IMG/VR virus record: IMGVR_UViG_3300025674_000057
Location: 1-53,023 of that record
Strand: one strand, 5' to 3'
From: a virus
Taxonomy: Duplodnaviria; Caudoviricetes
DNA length: 53,023 nucleotides
A program made the position numbers and the translations under genes. Positions 46,137 through 53,023 of the stretch are shown one piece after another. Below the pieces are notes generated by a model that had not been told where the DNA came from, searched no databases, and saw only the letters and a list, made by a program, of their open reading frames with translations. Positions within the stretch are counted from its first letter, which is position 1. Each line of letters begins with the position of its first letter.

Positions 46137-46195
46137 ATTATACTGCCTCTCTCAGGCGATTCGGGAAGAACTGGGACACTTCCACCTCTGGCACA
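46137..46195 (-). promoter_or_regulatory. Early promoter unit 11
   Basis: TATAAT 46137-46142; TGGGACACT-tccacc-TCTGGCACA 46172-46195. Confidence 0.7.
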
Positions 46196-46614
46196 CCAAA
46201 AGTATCAGTCAACCACCAATCATATAACCTTTCTTCTTCCTCTCGTGCCTCAATTTCATGTGGTTGATACCAATACTCCCAATTTTCCACTGGTGTTTTA
46301 CAATAACACAATTTTCCATAACGGTGCCGCAGGGAACCACGTATCCACTGCGCCAGGTGGGTCAGTTCATGCAAAAGAGTTTTTATATACAACTCCTTAT
46401 CCATGTAAGTGTTCAATTCTATAATGAAGTGGCGAGGACGATGAGTATCACCCACAACATCACAATATCCATGAACTCCTTCACGTTTCAGACCACGATG
46501 AACAATATCCACCGTGATCTTATGGCGTGGAAAGAAGTTATTCAGAAACCAAGAGGTAACATCCTCACAGAGGATTTTAGAATAACCGTATCCAGAATGG
46601 CAGATGTAAGACAT
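46138..46614 (-). CDS. HEXXH zinc metallopeptidase-like protein
   Basis: GYC, TLLHELTHLAQ, downstream Y..QPHEIEA (third-ligand Glu). Confidence 0.75.
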   Translation of the reverse strand: MSYICHSGYGYSKILCEDVTSWFLNNFFPRHKITVDIVHRGLKREGVHGYCDVVGDTHRPRHFIIELNTYMDKELYIKTLLHELTHLAQWIRGSLRHRYGKLCYCKTPVENWEYWYQPHEIEAREEEERLYDWWLTDTFGVPEVEVSQFFPNRLREAV

Positions 46615-46826
46615 GAACCCCAGTGAAGAAACCAAACGAAAGAACCAATAAAGATGAGTTTATGAGTTGCAGTCATGTTTCATTCCCATCAACTTTCCGT
46701 AGATTTTAGCGTAAAACATTTGAATTGGTTTTTTATTATCACTACAAACTTGTTGCTTTACAAGTTCCATCAGTGCCTCTACTTCTTTTACAGTTAAATC
46801 AGCATCTATGTTGTGTTCCGTGACCC

Positions 46827-47030
46827 TCATCCCCATGCCTCAATGTATTCCATGAGTGTAAAGTTCTCATCGGTATCAGTTTCTTCTACTAACTCATCAT
46901 AAGACATACCCTTTAGCATGTTGAGATAATCCTCTGGGGCAATGTCCACATCAGGATCATAATCATCATGACATAACCAGACATATTCATTGAAGAGTGC
47001 TTCGATTAATGCTTCTTTAGGAAAAATCAT
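46827..47030 (-). CDS. Acidic hypothetical protein
   Basis: EY.WLCHDD, ELVEET.TD. Confidence 0.75.
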   Translation of the reverse strand: MIFPKEALIEALFNEYVWLCHDDYDPDVDIAPEDYLNMLKGMSYDELVEETDTDENFTLMEYIEAWG

Positions 47031-47191
47031 GACGCATCATCAGTAACCAAAGAATCATCAGGGAGATTATTTGCTCGGGTTTTCATGCGATTCATTTTTG
47101 AAATGTTCCAACCATTTGTATCAGCATCATGCACAACTCCATCCAGTTGGCGACGCTCGCTCTCGGTGTGATAGTGACGTTGATCATTCAT
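47027..47191 (-). CDS. 54-aa hypothetical protein
   Basis: Hand-read: MNDQRHYHTESERRQLDGVV...; GAGG RBS; ATGA overlap. Confidence 0.65.
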   Translation of the reverse strand: MNDQRHYHTESERRQLDGVVHDADTNGWNISKMNRMKTRANNLPDDSLVTDDAS

Positions 47192-47227
47192 AATTTGTCC
47201 TCAAATGAACATAAAAATTATAGCACA

Positions 47228-47626
47228 TCACCGTGCATAAAGATAACCACCTGCCCAGTCTGCATTTTCCAGCAACCACTCACGTTGCTCAATGATTCGC
47301 AGATCATAACGAACACCTTTTGCAGGTGCTTTGAATGATGCAGACTTATACACTTCACCAGTCTTCTTATCAATGAAAGCGTGAACACTACGGGAAGGAG
47401 GACGATTGTTGTTAGGAATCTCCATAATGATTTTGAAATACTTACGTCCTTCCTCAGGATAGAACTTATAGACAGGAGCATCATAACCACCAACTTTACC
47501 GTGATTGCGGGACTTGAAGTTGTCCATCAGAGCATCACACAGCATCAGAGTCCACTTGCGGACATTCAGTTGGATGGTGTTCCTGGCGTCTTGAGTGGCG
47601 CAGTAGTCAGCGAAGGTGGTAGTCAT
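47228..47626 (-). CDS. Conserved myovirus hypothetical protein
   Basis: GRKY.KI, SVHAFIDKKTGEVYK.AS..APAK.VRY, ADWAGGYLY. Confidence 0.85.
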   Translation of the reverse strand: MTTTFADYCATQDARNTIQLNVRKWTLMLCDALMDNFKSRNHGKVGGYDAPVYKFYPEEGRKYFKIIMEIPNNNRPPSRSVHAFIDKKTGEVYKSASFKAPAKGVRYDLRIIEQREWLLENADWAGGYLYAR

Positions 47627-47647
47627 CGGTTGCTTGCGTATGAACGT

Positions 47648-47706
47648 ATTATAGGGCGTCCTAGGTGCCTCTCAAGGCACCATGTGACACTTCACTTACC
47701 GACCCC
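47648..47706 (-). promoter_or_regulatory. Early promoter unit 12
   Basis: TATAAT 47648-47653; TGTGACACT-tcactt-ACCGACCCC 47683-47706. Confidence 0.7.
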
Positions 47707-47931
47707 ATAGTCAGGTGCTTTTGCTTCCAATTGACTAATCTCTTCATCCAACTGGCGCAGAATACCTTCCCTGGTATATGCTCCAGTAGCATTTTTACGT
47801 CGATCCATTTCTTCTTCAATCTTTTGAGTGATAGAAGCATGGCGGCGGATCTCTCCACCCATAGACATCATCTTTTTAGTTTGACTCATGCAAAACTGAA
47901 GTTGCATAAGTTCCATATCATCAAATTGCAT
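47692..47931 (-). CDS. Hypothetical protein
   Basis: GGAG RBS; stop lies in the palindrome spacer. Confidence 0.75.
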   Translation of the reverse strand: MQFDDMELMQLQFCMSQTKKMMSMGGEIRRHASITQKIEEEMDRRKNATGAYTREGILRQLDEEISQLEAKAPDYGVGK

Positions 47932-47945
47932 AATTAGTCTCCAAA

Positions 47946-48356
47946 TTAAACTGCAAGTGCTCCTGCAGGAATTTCCTGACCTTCCATATAGGAATCACGC
48001 CAGGAGCAGGTATCATAGCACAACCAACCTTCGCTCTGAGTATAAACATACGAATACTCTTCGCTGTTTTGAAGATACTCACCCAGGTCTTTATCAAGGC
48101 GAGGAGGAATATTCTCACCGCGCTGAGAGTAGTATTGTGGACCATAAACTCCCTTCACACCAGTATCATCCCAGCGGTCATCAGTCCAGCAGGAAGACAT
48201 ATCGCCACCGTCAATCAGTTCGGAAGCAAGAGACTTTCCGTTGTAATGAGTCTTCAGGATGCGACCCAACCACTCAGGATAACCGTCCCAGTGGTGATAA
48301 ACAGAGAGCACAGAACCGTCTTTGAGTTCAAGACCGATGCGAGCACGGGTGGCCAT
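47946..48356 (-). CDS. Conserved phage hypothetical protein
   Basis: MATRARIG, SVYHHWDGYP..LG..L, LIDGGD.S, EYSYVY. Confidence 0.85.
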   Translation of the reverse strand: MATRARIGLELKDGSVLSVYHHWDGYPEWLGRILKTHYNGKSLASELIDGGDMSSCWTDDRWDDTGVKGVYGPQYYSQRGENIPPRLDKDLGEYLQNSEEYSYVYTQSEGWLCYDTCSWRDSYMEGQEIPAGALAV

Positions 48357-48379
48357 TGGGGCGTCTGTCGATTACTTAG

Positions 48380-49357
48380 TTAGTATAAGGCATCCATCAG
48401 GGGATTCTGTGCCTCCTGTACCAGTTCGTCAACTGTCTCCTGAGCAATGCTGATAGCATCTGGGTTCACGTCCATCGTGATACAATTTCGGTTCAGGTTA
48501 AAAGCGGATATTGCTGTCGTTCCAGATCCGCAGAAGGGGTCTAGGACCCATCCACCCTCAGGACATGACGATTTTATGATACGTTCTAACAGTTTCAGGG
48601 GTTTTTGAGTGGGATATTTACGCTTATTCTTCTCAGATCGACTGATAAAGTATACATCATCCCACAGATTCTGCACGGGAACACCCTTGGACTCATGAGA
48701 ATAGATTTTTTTGTAAAGGTTGTTGCTGCCGTAGTGCAAACGGTCCTGGGCGTCCAGTTCTTCCAGTTTTTCCCTTGTTATACGAAACCCGTACTGAGGA
48801 TTATATCCTTTGTACTCAAATCGCGCACAAGGACGACTCTTTTCACCAGTAACTTTAGCAAGAGCATAATATCCAACTGCATCCTTATTTTGGAAACTAT
48901 TCGCAGCATAAACAGGATCAAGAGAGGTATATTCAACCTCAAAGTATGGACTACCCTTACGGAGCACCATGATACTGTCTACAATATTACCCCAACCGTT
49001 CTTGATATTGTTCTTAGGACCACTACGTTTCCAGGAGATATTGGTATAGAATGCATCCCGAACTTTACGATCAATCTTAGAAAGAACTAGAGCATTTCCA
49101 ATAAAGTTGTTGTGTGCGTACAACCAACCATTCTTATTCAGTTTTTTATATGCATTATTGATTACTTCAGCATACCAATCAATATAATCATCAAAGGAAC
49201 TCCAGGTATCAGAGAATCCTTTCTCTTGACCATCTTCCTCCTGCATGGTAAAGTCACGCTGCAATCCAAACGGAGGATCCATATAAATTAGGTCAAATGT
49301 CTGATCAATGGTATCTAATTCTTCTACTGGTTTTTGAAGGATCTTTATCTCAGACAT
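48380..49357 (-). CDS. Beta-class N6-adenine/N4-cytosine DNA methyltransferase
   Basis: Motif IV IYMDPPF precedes YPTQKP..LLERII and motif I VLDPFCGSGTT. Confidence 0.92.
   Translation of the reverse strand: MSEIKILQKPVEELDTIDQTFDLIYMDPPFGLQRDFTMQEEDGQEKGFSDTWSSFDDYIDWYAEVINNAYKKLNKNGWLYAHNNFIGNALVLSKIDRKVRDAFYTNISWKRSGPKNNIKNGWGNIVDSIMVLRKGSPYFEVEYTSLDPVYAANSFQNKDAVGYYALAKVTGEKSRPCARFEYKGYNPQYGFRITREKLEELDAQDRLHYGSNNLYKKIYSHESKGVPVQNLWDDVYFISRSEKNKRKYPTQKPLKLLERIIKSSCPEGGWVLDPFCGSGTTAISAFNLNRNCITMDVNPDAISIAQETVDELVQEAQNPLMDALY
48382..48440 (-). promoter_or_regulatory. Early promoter unit 13 (inside the MTase 3' end)
   Basis: TATACT 48382-48387; TGTACCAGT-tcgtca-ACTGTCTCC 48417-48440. Confidence 0.7.
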
Positions 49358-49379
49358 AACCACTCACTAACAACAATAG

Positions 49380-49414
49380 ATCATACCATAAAAAAAGGAG
49401 GGCGTCAACCCTCC
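49380..49414 (-). terminator. Terminator with an embedded sigma70 promoter (PeSL-like)
   Basis: GGAGGG-TTGACG-CCCTCC-T7. The loop is a -35, 17 bp from TGg-TATGAT (49380-49385). Confidence 0.85.
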
Positions 49415-49420
49415 AAGTCA

Positions 49421-49648
49421 TCAATCATCGTAAACTAAACACTCAGGTGCTTCTGGATTCGCATCACAATAGAGTTCAAGTGGTGATGGATCATGATGAT
49501 CTCCTGCTGCAATTTCTTCTTTGTGATGTTCTGCATATGCTTCTAGTTCCTCAAGTTCACCTTCAATGTGGCGGCGTTGTTGAGGAGAAGTAGTGGGATC
49601 TTGGAGGATTTCTTTGTCCTTTTCAATATGCTTTTCGATACTTTCCAT
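49421..49648 (-). CDS. cp12: CP12 Calvin cycle inhibitor (auxiliary metabolic gene)
   Basis: C-terminal PLELYCDANPEAPECLVYDD; late promoter AATAAATA at 49671-49678. Confidence 0.93.
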   Translation of the reverse strand: MESIEKHIEKDKEILQDPTTSPQQRRHIEGELEELEAYAEHHKEEIAAGDHHDPSPLELYCDANPEAPECLVYDD

Positions 49649-49669
49649 TGTTTTGTAACGTGATAATAC

Positions 49670-49825
49670 TTATTTATTTTCTTCCTTTGCTTTTTGCACC
49701 AAATATTCGGCAAATGCCTCCATTTTCTCAGGATGAATTTGCTGAATACCAGAGTCTTTTACTGCATTTGTGATGCTGTAGATCTCGTTTTCAGTGAGTT
49801 TTTTACCTTGCGAGGGAAGAGTCAT
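49670..49825 (-). CDS. 51-aa hypothetical protein
   Basis: Hand-read: MTLPSQGKKLTENEIYSI...IHPEKMEAFAEYLV. Confidence 0.65.
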   Translation of the reverse strand: MTLPSQGKKLTENEIYSITNAVKDSGIQQIHPEKMEAFAEYLVQKAKEENK

Positions 49826-49913
49826 TGTGGTGTTCTGATGTAATCCAAGTATAACTCGGGAAGTTACTAATATCTAGGAACTTAAGGTTTTCTTTGGGAT
49901 TGATTTGCAGTTC

Positions 49914-50141
49914 TTAATCTCGGTCGAACATGGTTCCAAAGAACCCAGAATCACCATCTTTACGATTTTCAATCTTATCAATCAAAGCATCAGCACTGAT
50001 TAGATTATCGATTTGCATAATCATATCAGCAATATGTTTACCGATGAATGGTTTTTCTTGACGTGCAGCAAATGCTAGTGCATTTCGCAGTGATGATTCT
50101 GCTTCTCTTAGAGATTCTTCGACAGATTTAGATAGAGCCAT
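49914..50141 (-). CDS. Hypothetical protein
   Basis: MALSKSVEESL.EA...LRNALAFAARQE.P; GAGG RBS. Confidence 0.8.
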   Translation of the reverse strand: MALSKSVEESLREAESSLRNALAFAARQEKPFIGKHIADMIMQIDNLISADALIDKIENRKDGDSGFFGTMFDRD

Positions 50142-50319
50142 TTGATTCCTCACATTTGCGGTAAAATACCCCATTTACATAGCAGGATTTACCAGGTTCA
50201 TAATATTTTACCACAGGTGGTGATGTTTGTCTAACATTACATAATTCACCTTGTTTTTCAACAAAGTTTCCCATACACAGAGATGCAACAAAAGGAGCAA
50301 GAAGTTTAAGAGTGTACAT
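50128..50319 (-). CDS. Small Cys-containing hypothetical protein
   Basis: Hydrophobic N-terminus; YYEPGKSCYVNGVFY.KC. Confidence 0.65.
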   Translation of the reverse strand: MYTLKLLAPFVASLCMGNFVEKQGELCNVRQTSPPVVKYYEPGKSCYVNGVFYRKCEESNGSI

Positions 50320-51029
50320 CAGCATTCATCCATTCGAAGAGGTTGAACAATCTTACGTAGTTCATAAGATCCATCACCACGATCAATCCACTCTATACTA
50401 TCACCTTCCTTAAGATTTGCTGCTTCTAGAAGATCATTGGGAAAGGTAACAAAGTATTCAGTTTCCATAGTATCGCCGTTTTCTACTTCTTCAACAGAAA
50501 GACGCCACTTCTTTACTTCGTCTTTTTCAGTAAGTGGAGTCCACTCATAACCACCTGCAGACTTGATTGCCTCATACTCAGCATCAAGTTGTGCTCGCTT
50601 GTTATAGTATTCTGCCTCACGCAGATTGTACTCACGGGACTTCTCTTTGTCCTCAGCAGCATCACACATAGCGTTCATTTCTTCTTCAGTGTACTGCTTG
50701 TGCTCTTCTGGATAATAGGTTTCTTCCCAGAAATCAACCCAATCTTTTTGGGTTGCAGAAGAAACACCAGGTGATGCATCAATATCATCAAGAGATGTAT
50801 CAATTTCAAAGGAACGATGACCTTTCAGAAGGGAAAGAATTTCTACACTCTTAGTGAAATACTTCTTGTGATACGTTACACTCTCATTCACAACATTTAC
50901 GATAGTGTCGTAGATGTCTTGTGGTGTAAGATCCTCACAATTCACAGCATCATTCACCCAGTTATCAAGTTGTTCAAGAGAATACTTCTTGTAGGAAAAG
51001 TCACTACTGCGGGGATCGTTCGAGTTCAT
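50319..51029 (-). CDS. Acidic protein with a C-terminal AbrB-like domain
   Basis: C-terminal YFVTFPNDLLEAANLKEGDSIEWIDRGDGSYELRK. Confidence 0.7.
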   Translation of the reverse strand: MNSNDPRSSDFSYKKYSLEQLDNWVNDAVNCEDLTPQDIYDTIVNVVNESVTYHKKYFTKSVEILSLLKGHRSFEIDTSLDDIDASPGVSSATQKDWVDFWEETYYPEEHKQYTEEEMNAMCDAAEDKEKSREYNLREAEYYNKRAQLDAEYEAIKSAGGYEWTPLTEKDEVKKWRLSVEEVENGDTMETEYFVTFPNDLLEAANLKEGDSIEWIDRGDGSYELRKIVQPLRMDEC

Positions 51030-51186
51030 CGAGGTAGTCCTTAATTGCTTGCTCCATAATAACCTGAATCTCCTTCTGTGTCAACTGGTTCATCCAGGAC
51101 CATTTTGGGTCTTGTGGGTCCCAGTCCATCGTGAAGGATCCATCTTCATTCTGTGATATTTTAAGGGTATCAACACTCATCATCAC
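51004..51186 (-). CDS. Hypothetical protein
   Basis: NEDGSFT.DWDP.DP.W. Confidence 0.7.
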   Translation of the reverse strand: MMMSVDTLKISQNEDGSFTMDWDPQDPKWSWMNQLTQKEIQVIMEQAIKDYLDELERSPQ

Positions 51187-51364
51187 ACTCCCTGTTTTGT
51201 TTCCAAGTTTTACGAACTCGCTTCAGTTCTTTGAGTTCCAGTTTAATGTTTTGATAGGCAGTCTCGCTATCAATCTTATCCGCCATTTCCATAGCGATGA
51301 TGACATCAACTCTTGTACCAAAGTGTTTTAGAGCGGTTTCGAAGCAATCGAGATCTTCATACAT
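51170..51364 (-). CDS. Hypothetical protein
   Basis: FE.AL.HFGTRV..I..ME...KI....AY..IK. Confidence 0.75.
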   Translation of the reverse strand: MYEDLDCFETALKHFGTRVDVIIAMEMADKIDSETAYQNIKLELKELKRVRKTWKQNRECDDEC

Positions 51365-51578
51365 CGTCTTTAATCCATTTTTCTGCAGTCAAAATATCTA
51401 TGCGAGCATCAAGAGAATTCCAACATTCATAGAGTGCATTAGTCTGCTCTATATTTGCATCTTCAAGAAGTTTAATACGTTCTTCAAGTTGATCAATCTT
51501 ATCAGAAAGAGATTGGATAGGAACTTGTTGGTTGATACCCCACTTTTCAAAAAACCAATAAGGATTCTGTTTAGTCAT
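51357..51578 (-). CDS. Coiled-coil hypothetical protein
   Basis: LEERI..LE..N...TN.LYE. Confidence 0.7.
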   Translation of the reverse strand: MTKQNPYWFFEKWGINQQVPIQSLSDKIDQLEERIKLLEDANIEQTNALYECWNSLDARIDILTAEKWIKDDV

Positions 51579-51825
51579 GAGTTTTAGTTTTTACCTTCAG
51601 TTTGTGTATTTCTTGCTGAACCCAGATTATTTCGTCCTGAAGACGTGCTATTTTTTCATCATGAGATTTCAACCAATCATAATTCAAACTATTATCAAAG
51701 TCAACACTTGGTAAATTATATTTACGTGAAACATCTTCTGGTGGGTTTTGATGTTTCCATGGATACAGATAATATTCTAATTCTGCAACAATTGTCCAGA
51801 GAAAAACACGAAGATTAAAAATCAT
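51571..51825 (-). CDS. Hypothetical protein
   Basis: 84 aa in an overlapping ORF chain. Confidence 0.65.
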   Translation of the reverse strand: MIFNLRVFLWTIVAELEYYLYPWKHQNPPEDVSRKYNLPSVDFDNSLNYDWLKSHDEKIARLQDEIIWVQQEIHKLKVKTKTHD

Positions 51826-51989
51826 TACAAGACACCGACTTCTTTCAAGTAATTACGATATGCTGCATATCGATTCCATTTCGGTTGATTGGGCACATTT
51901 AACTGATGACAAATTTCACAGTACATTAACCACTCATACCATGGAGTAGTAGGATCTAATTCATGATAAGGATAATCAGAGTTTTCCAC
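51825..51989 (-). CDS. 54-aa hypothetical protein (GTG start)
   Basis: Hand-read: ...YPYHELDPTTPWYEWLMYCEICHQL...YRNYLKEVGVL. Confidence 0.6.
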   Translation of the reverse strand: MENSDYPYHELDPTTPWYEWLMYCEICHQLNVPNQPKWNRYAAYRNYLKEVGVL

Positions 51990-52254
51990 CGACCGTCCCT
52001 TCATATGTAATTGATCTTACGTTAGACCAACCTTCTTGAACGCCTTTCAAATGAAAACGAGTCATTTGGATTACAACTTCTTTCGTCAGTCCAGTAACAA
52101 TTCCTTTTCCGTTCTTATCAAAAGACTCCCATGTTCCCCATGTCTTTTCTTCAACTCGGAAACAATCATCATACCATTCTACTTCAGCAATCTCTGGATG
52201 TTCAGCACTCGTCTGATCCGATTGCATTTCCTGTTGTTGATTCTGTTCCGTCAT
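51976..52254 (-). CDS. Hypothetical protein
   Basis: DDCFRVE...GTW.S, TR..LK..QEG, Y.G.VGGKL. Confidence 0.75.
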   Translation of the reverse strand: MTEQNQQQEMQSDQTSAEHPEIAEVEWYDDCFRVEEKTWGTWESFDKNGKGIVTGLTKEVVIQMTRFHLKGVQEGWSNVRSITYEGTVGGKL

Positions 52255-52450
52255 TTGTTTGTTTGTTAAATCCAAAAGATGCTTCTTTTTCTTCTAATGC
52301 TAACTTCAATGCTACACCACCAACTGCTTCCATTACTTTCAGAATGTCTTCTGGTTTAGCATCTTCACCCAATTCTTTGGCGACATACCAATACTTTGGC
52401 CAAAAGGTTTCACCTGCCTTTTGATAGTCTTCAAGTGTTAATAGTTTCAT
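52202..52450 (-). CDS. Hypothetical protein
   Basis: LTLEDYQKAGE.FWPKY.YV. Confidence 0.75.
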   Translation of the reverse strand: MKLLTLEDYQKAGETFWPKYWYVAKELGEDAKPEDILKVMEAVGGVALKLALEEKEASFGFNKQTNDGTESTTGNAIGSDEC

Positions 52451-52613
52451 CTAAGTAAGTTTCAGAATAAGCATATGGGTAAAGTACATCAAGAATGTAT
52501 CCCAAATCGTGATACATTCCTTTATAGCAAGGTACAGATTGTGGGTGCGCTTGCTGATACTTTCTAACAGCAGTAAAAATAAGTTTCCACTGATGATGTG
52601 TAAGTTCAGGCAT
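52431..52613 (-). CDS. Hypothetical protein
   Basis: MPELT..QW.LIF.AVRKYQ; start reassigned. Confidence 0.6.
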   Translation of the reverse strand: MPELTHHQWKLIFTAVRKYQQAHPQSVPCYKGMYHDLGYILDVLYPYAYSETYLDETINT

Positions 52614-52785
52614 CCTTCTTAATATCAGGATGGGGAGCATACAGTGGACCTTGATAATCGTGAGGACGATTAACTCTGTTATTAACCACTGTTTTATGGA
52701 GTTGCTTTAGTGCTTTGATGGTCTCAGGAGTTTCAGTCCAAGACCATGAATTTCCATTTTTGTCTACAAAGTTTCTTTCAGTCAT
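52606..52785 (-). CDS. Hypothetical protein
   Basis: MTERNFVDKNGNSW.W.ETPE; ATGA overlap with the upstream gene. Confidence 0.65.
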   Translation of the reverse strand: MTERNFVDKNGNSWSWTETPETIKALKQLHKTVVNNRVNRPHDYQGPLYAPHPDIKKDA

Positions 52786-53023
52786 AGAGTGATCCACCTT
52801 TGATTGTTAAGTGTCCAGTTTGTAACTTCAGCAATACGATCCCTAACAGATTTAGAAGGAACCCATCCGAGTTGCTTCATTTTATCACCATCTAGGGCAT
52901 AACGCAAGTCATGACCAGGACGGGAAGAATGGAAGTCAACAAGTTCGTATTTCAGTTCTTTTCCTTGGGATTCTGCGATGATTTTTGCGAGTTCCAAGTT
53001 GTTGAGTTCTTCCGCTCCAACAA
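52782..53023 (-). CDS. Partial NAD-dependent nucleotide-sugar epimerase/dehydratase (RmlB-like C-terminus)
   Basis: N..LA..I, RPGHDLRYALD..K...LGW.P, W...N..W; open to the right edge. Confidence 0.85.
   Translation of the reverse strand, partial: VGAEELNNLELAKIIAESQGKELKYELVDFHSSRPGHDLRYALDGDKMKQLGWVPSKSVRDRIAEVTNWTLNNQRWITL

Noticed and set aside
35716-52424. Plus-strand ORFs in the early region
   Set aside because: They overlap better-supported minus-strand genes that have promoters, RBSs and translational coupling.
1-53023. tRNA, rRNA, integrase or transposase genes
   Set aside because: None recognised by eye; tRNAscan-SE and HMM searches are needed to exclude them formally.

Overview
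This is a 53-kb segment of a T4-like (Kyanoviridae-type) cyanomyovirus genome, probably infecting Synechococcus, as suggested by CP12 and an NblA-like ORF. Essentially all real genes are on the minus strand. 1-35.5 kb is the AT-rich late structural block: gp25-gp6-gp7-gp8, a DUF4815/VrlC-like giant protein, a fibre, gp13-gp14-gp15 and gp16, with T4-type TATAAATA late promoters. At about 35.6 kb the GC content jumps and a ~13-kb early/accessory island begins. It is built from many short ORFs in cassette-like units. Thirteen units carry a -10 box with a 9-6-9 palindrome (GTGGACAGT-N6-ACTGTCCAC-like) 28-30 bp upstream, and the upstream ORF often ends inside that palindrome. In the middle of the island (41.9-42.8 kb) are a ~430-bp GG-free tract with an array of TCTCGTCGAGA palindromes, an antisense sigma70 promoter, a 22-bp iteron-like tandem repeat and an AT-rich tract; together these are a candidate origin or terminus. 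A PD-(D/E)xK-like nuclease and a beta-class DNA methyltransferase bracket the island. To its right are CP12, small hypotheticals and a partial NDP-sugar dehydratase. All protein calls come from recognising motifs and synteny by eye; no database searches were run.
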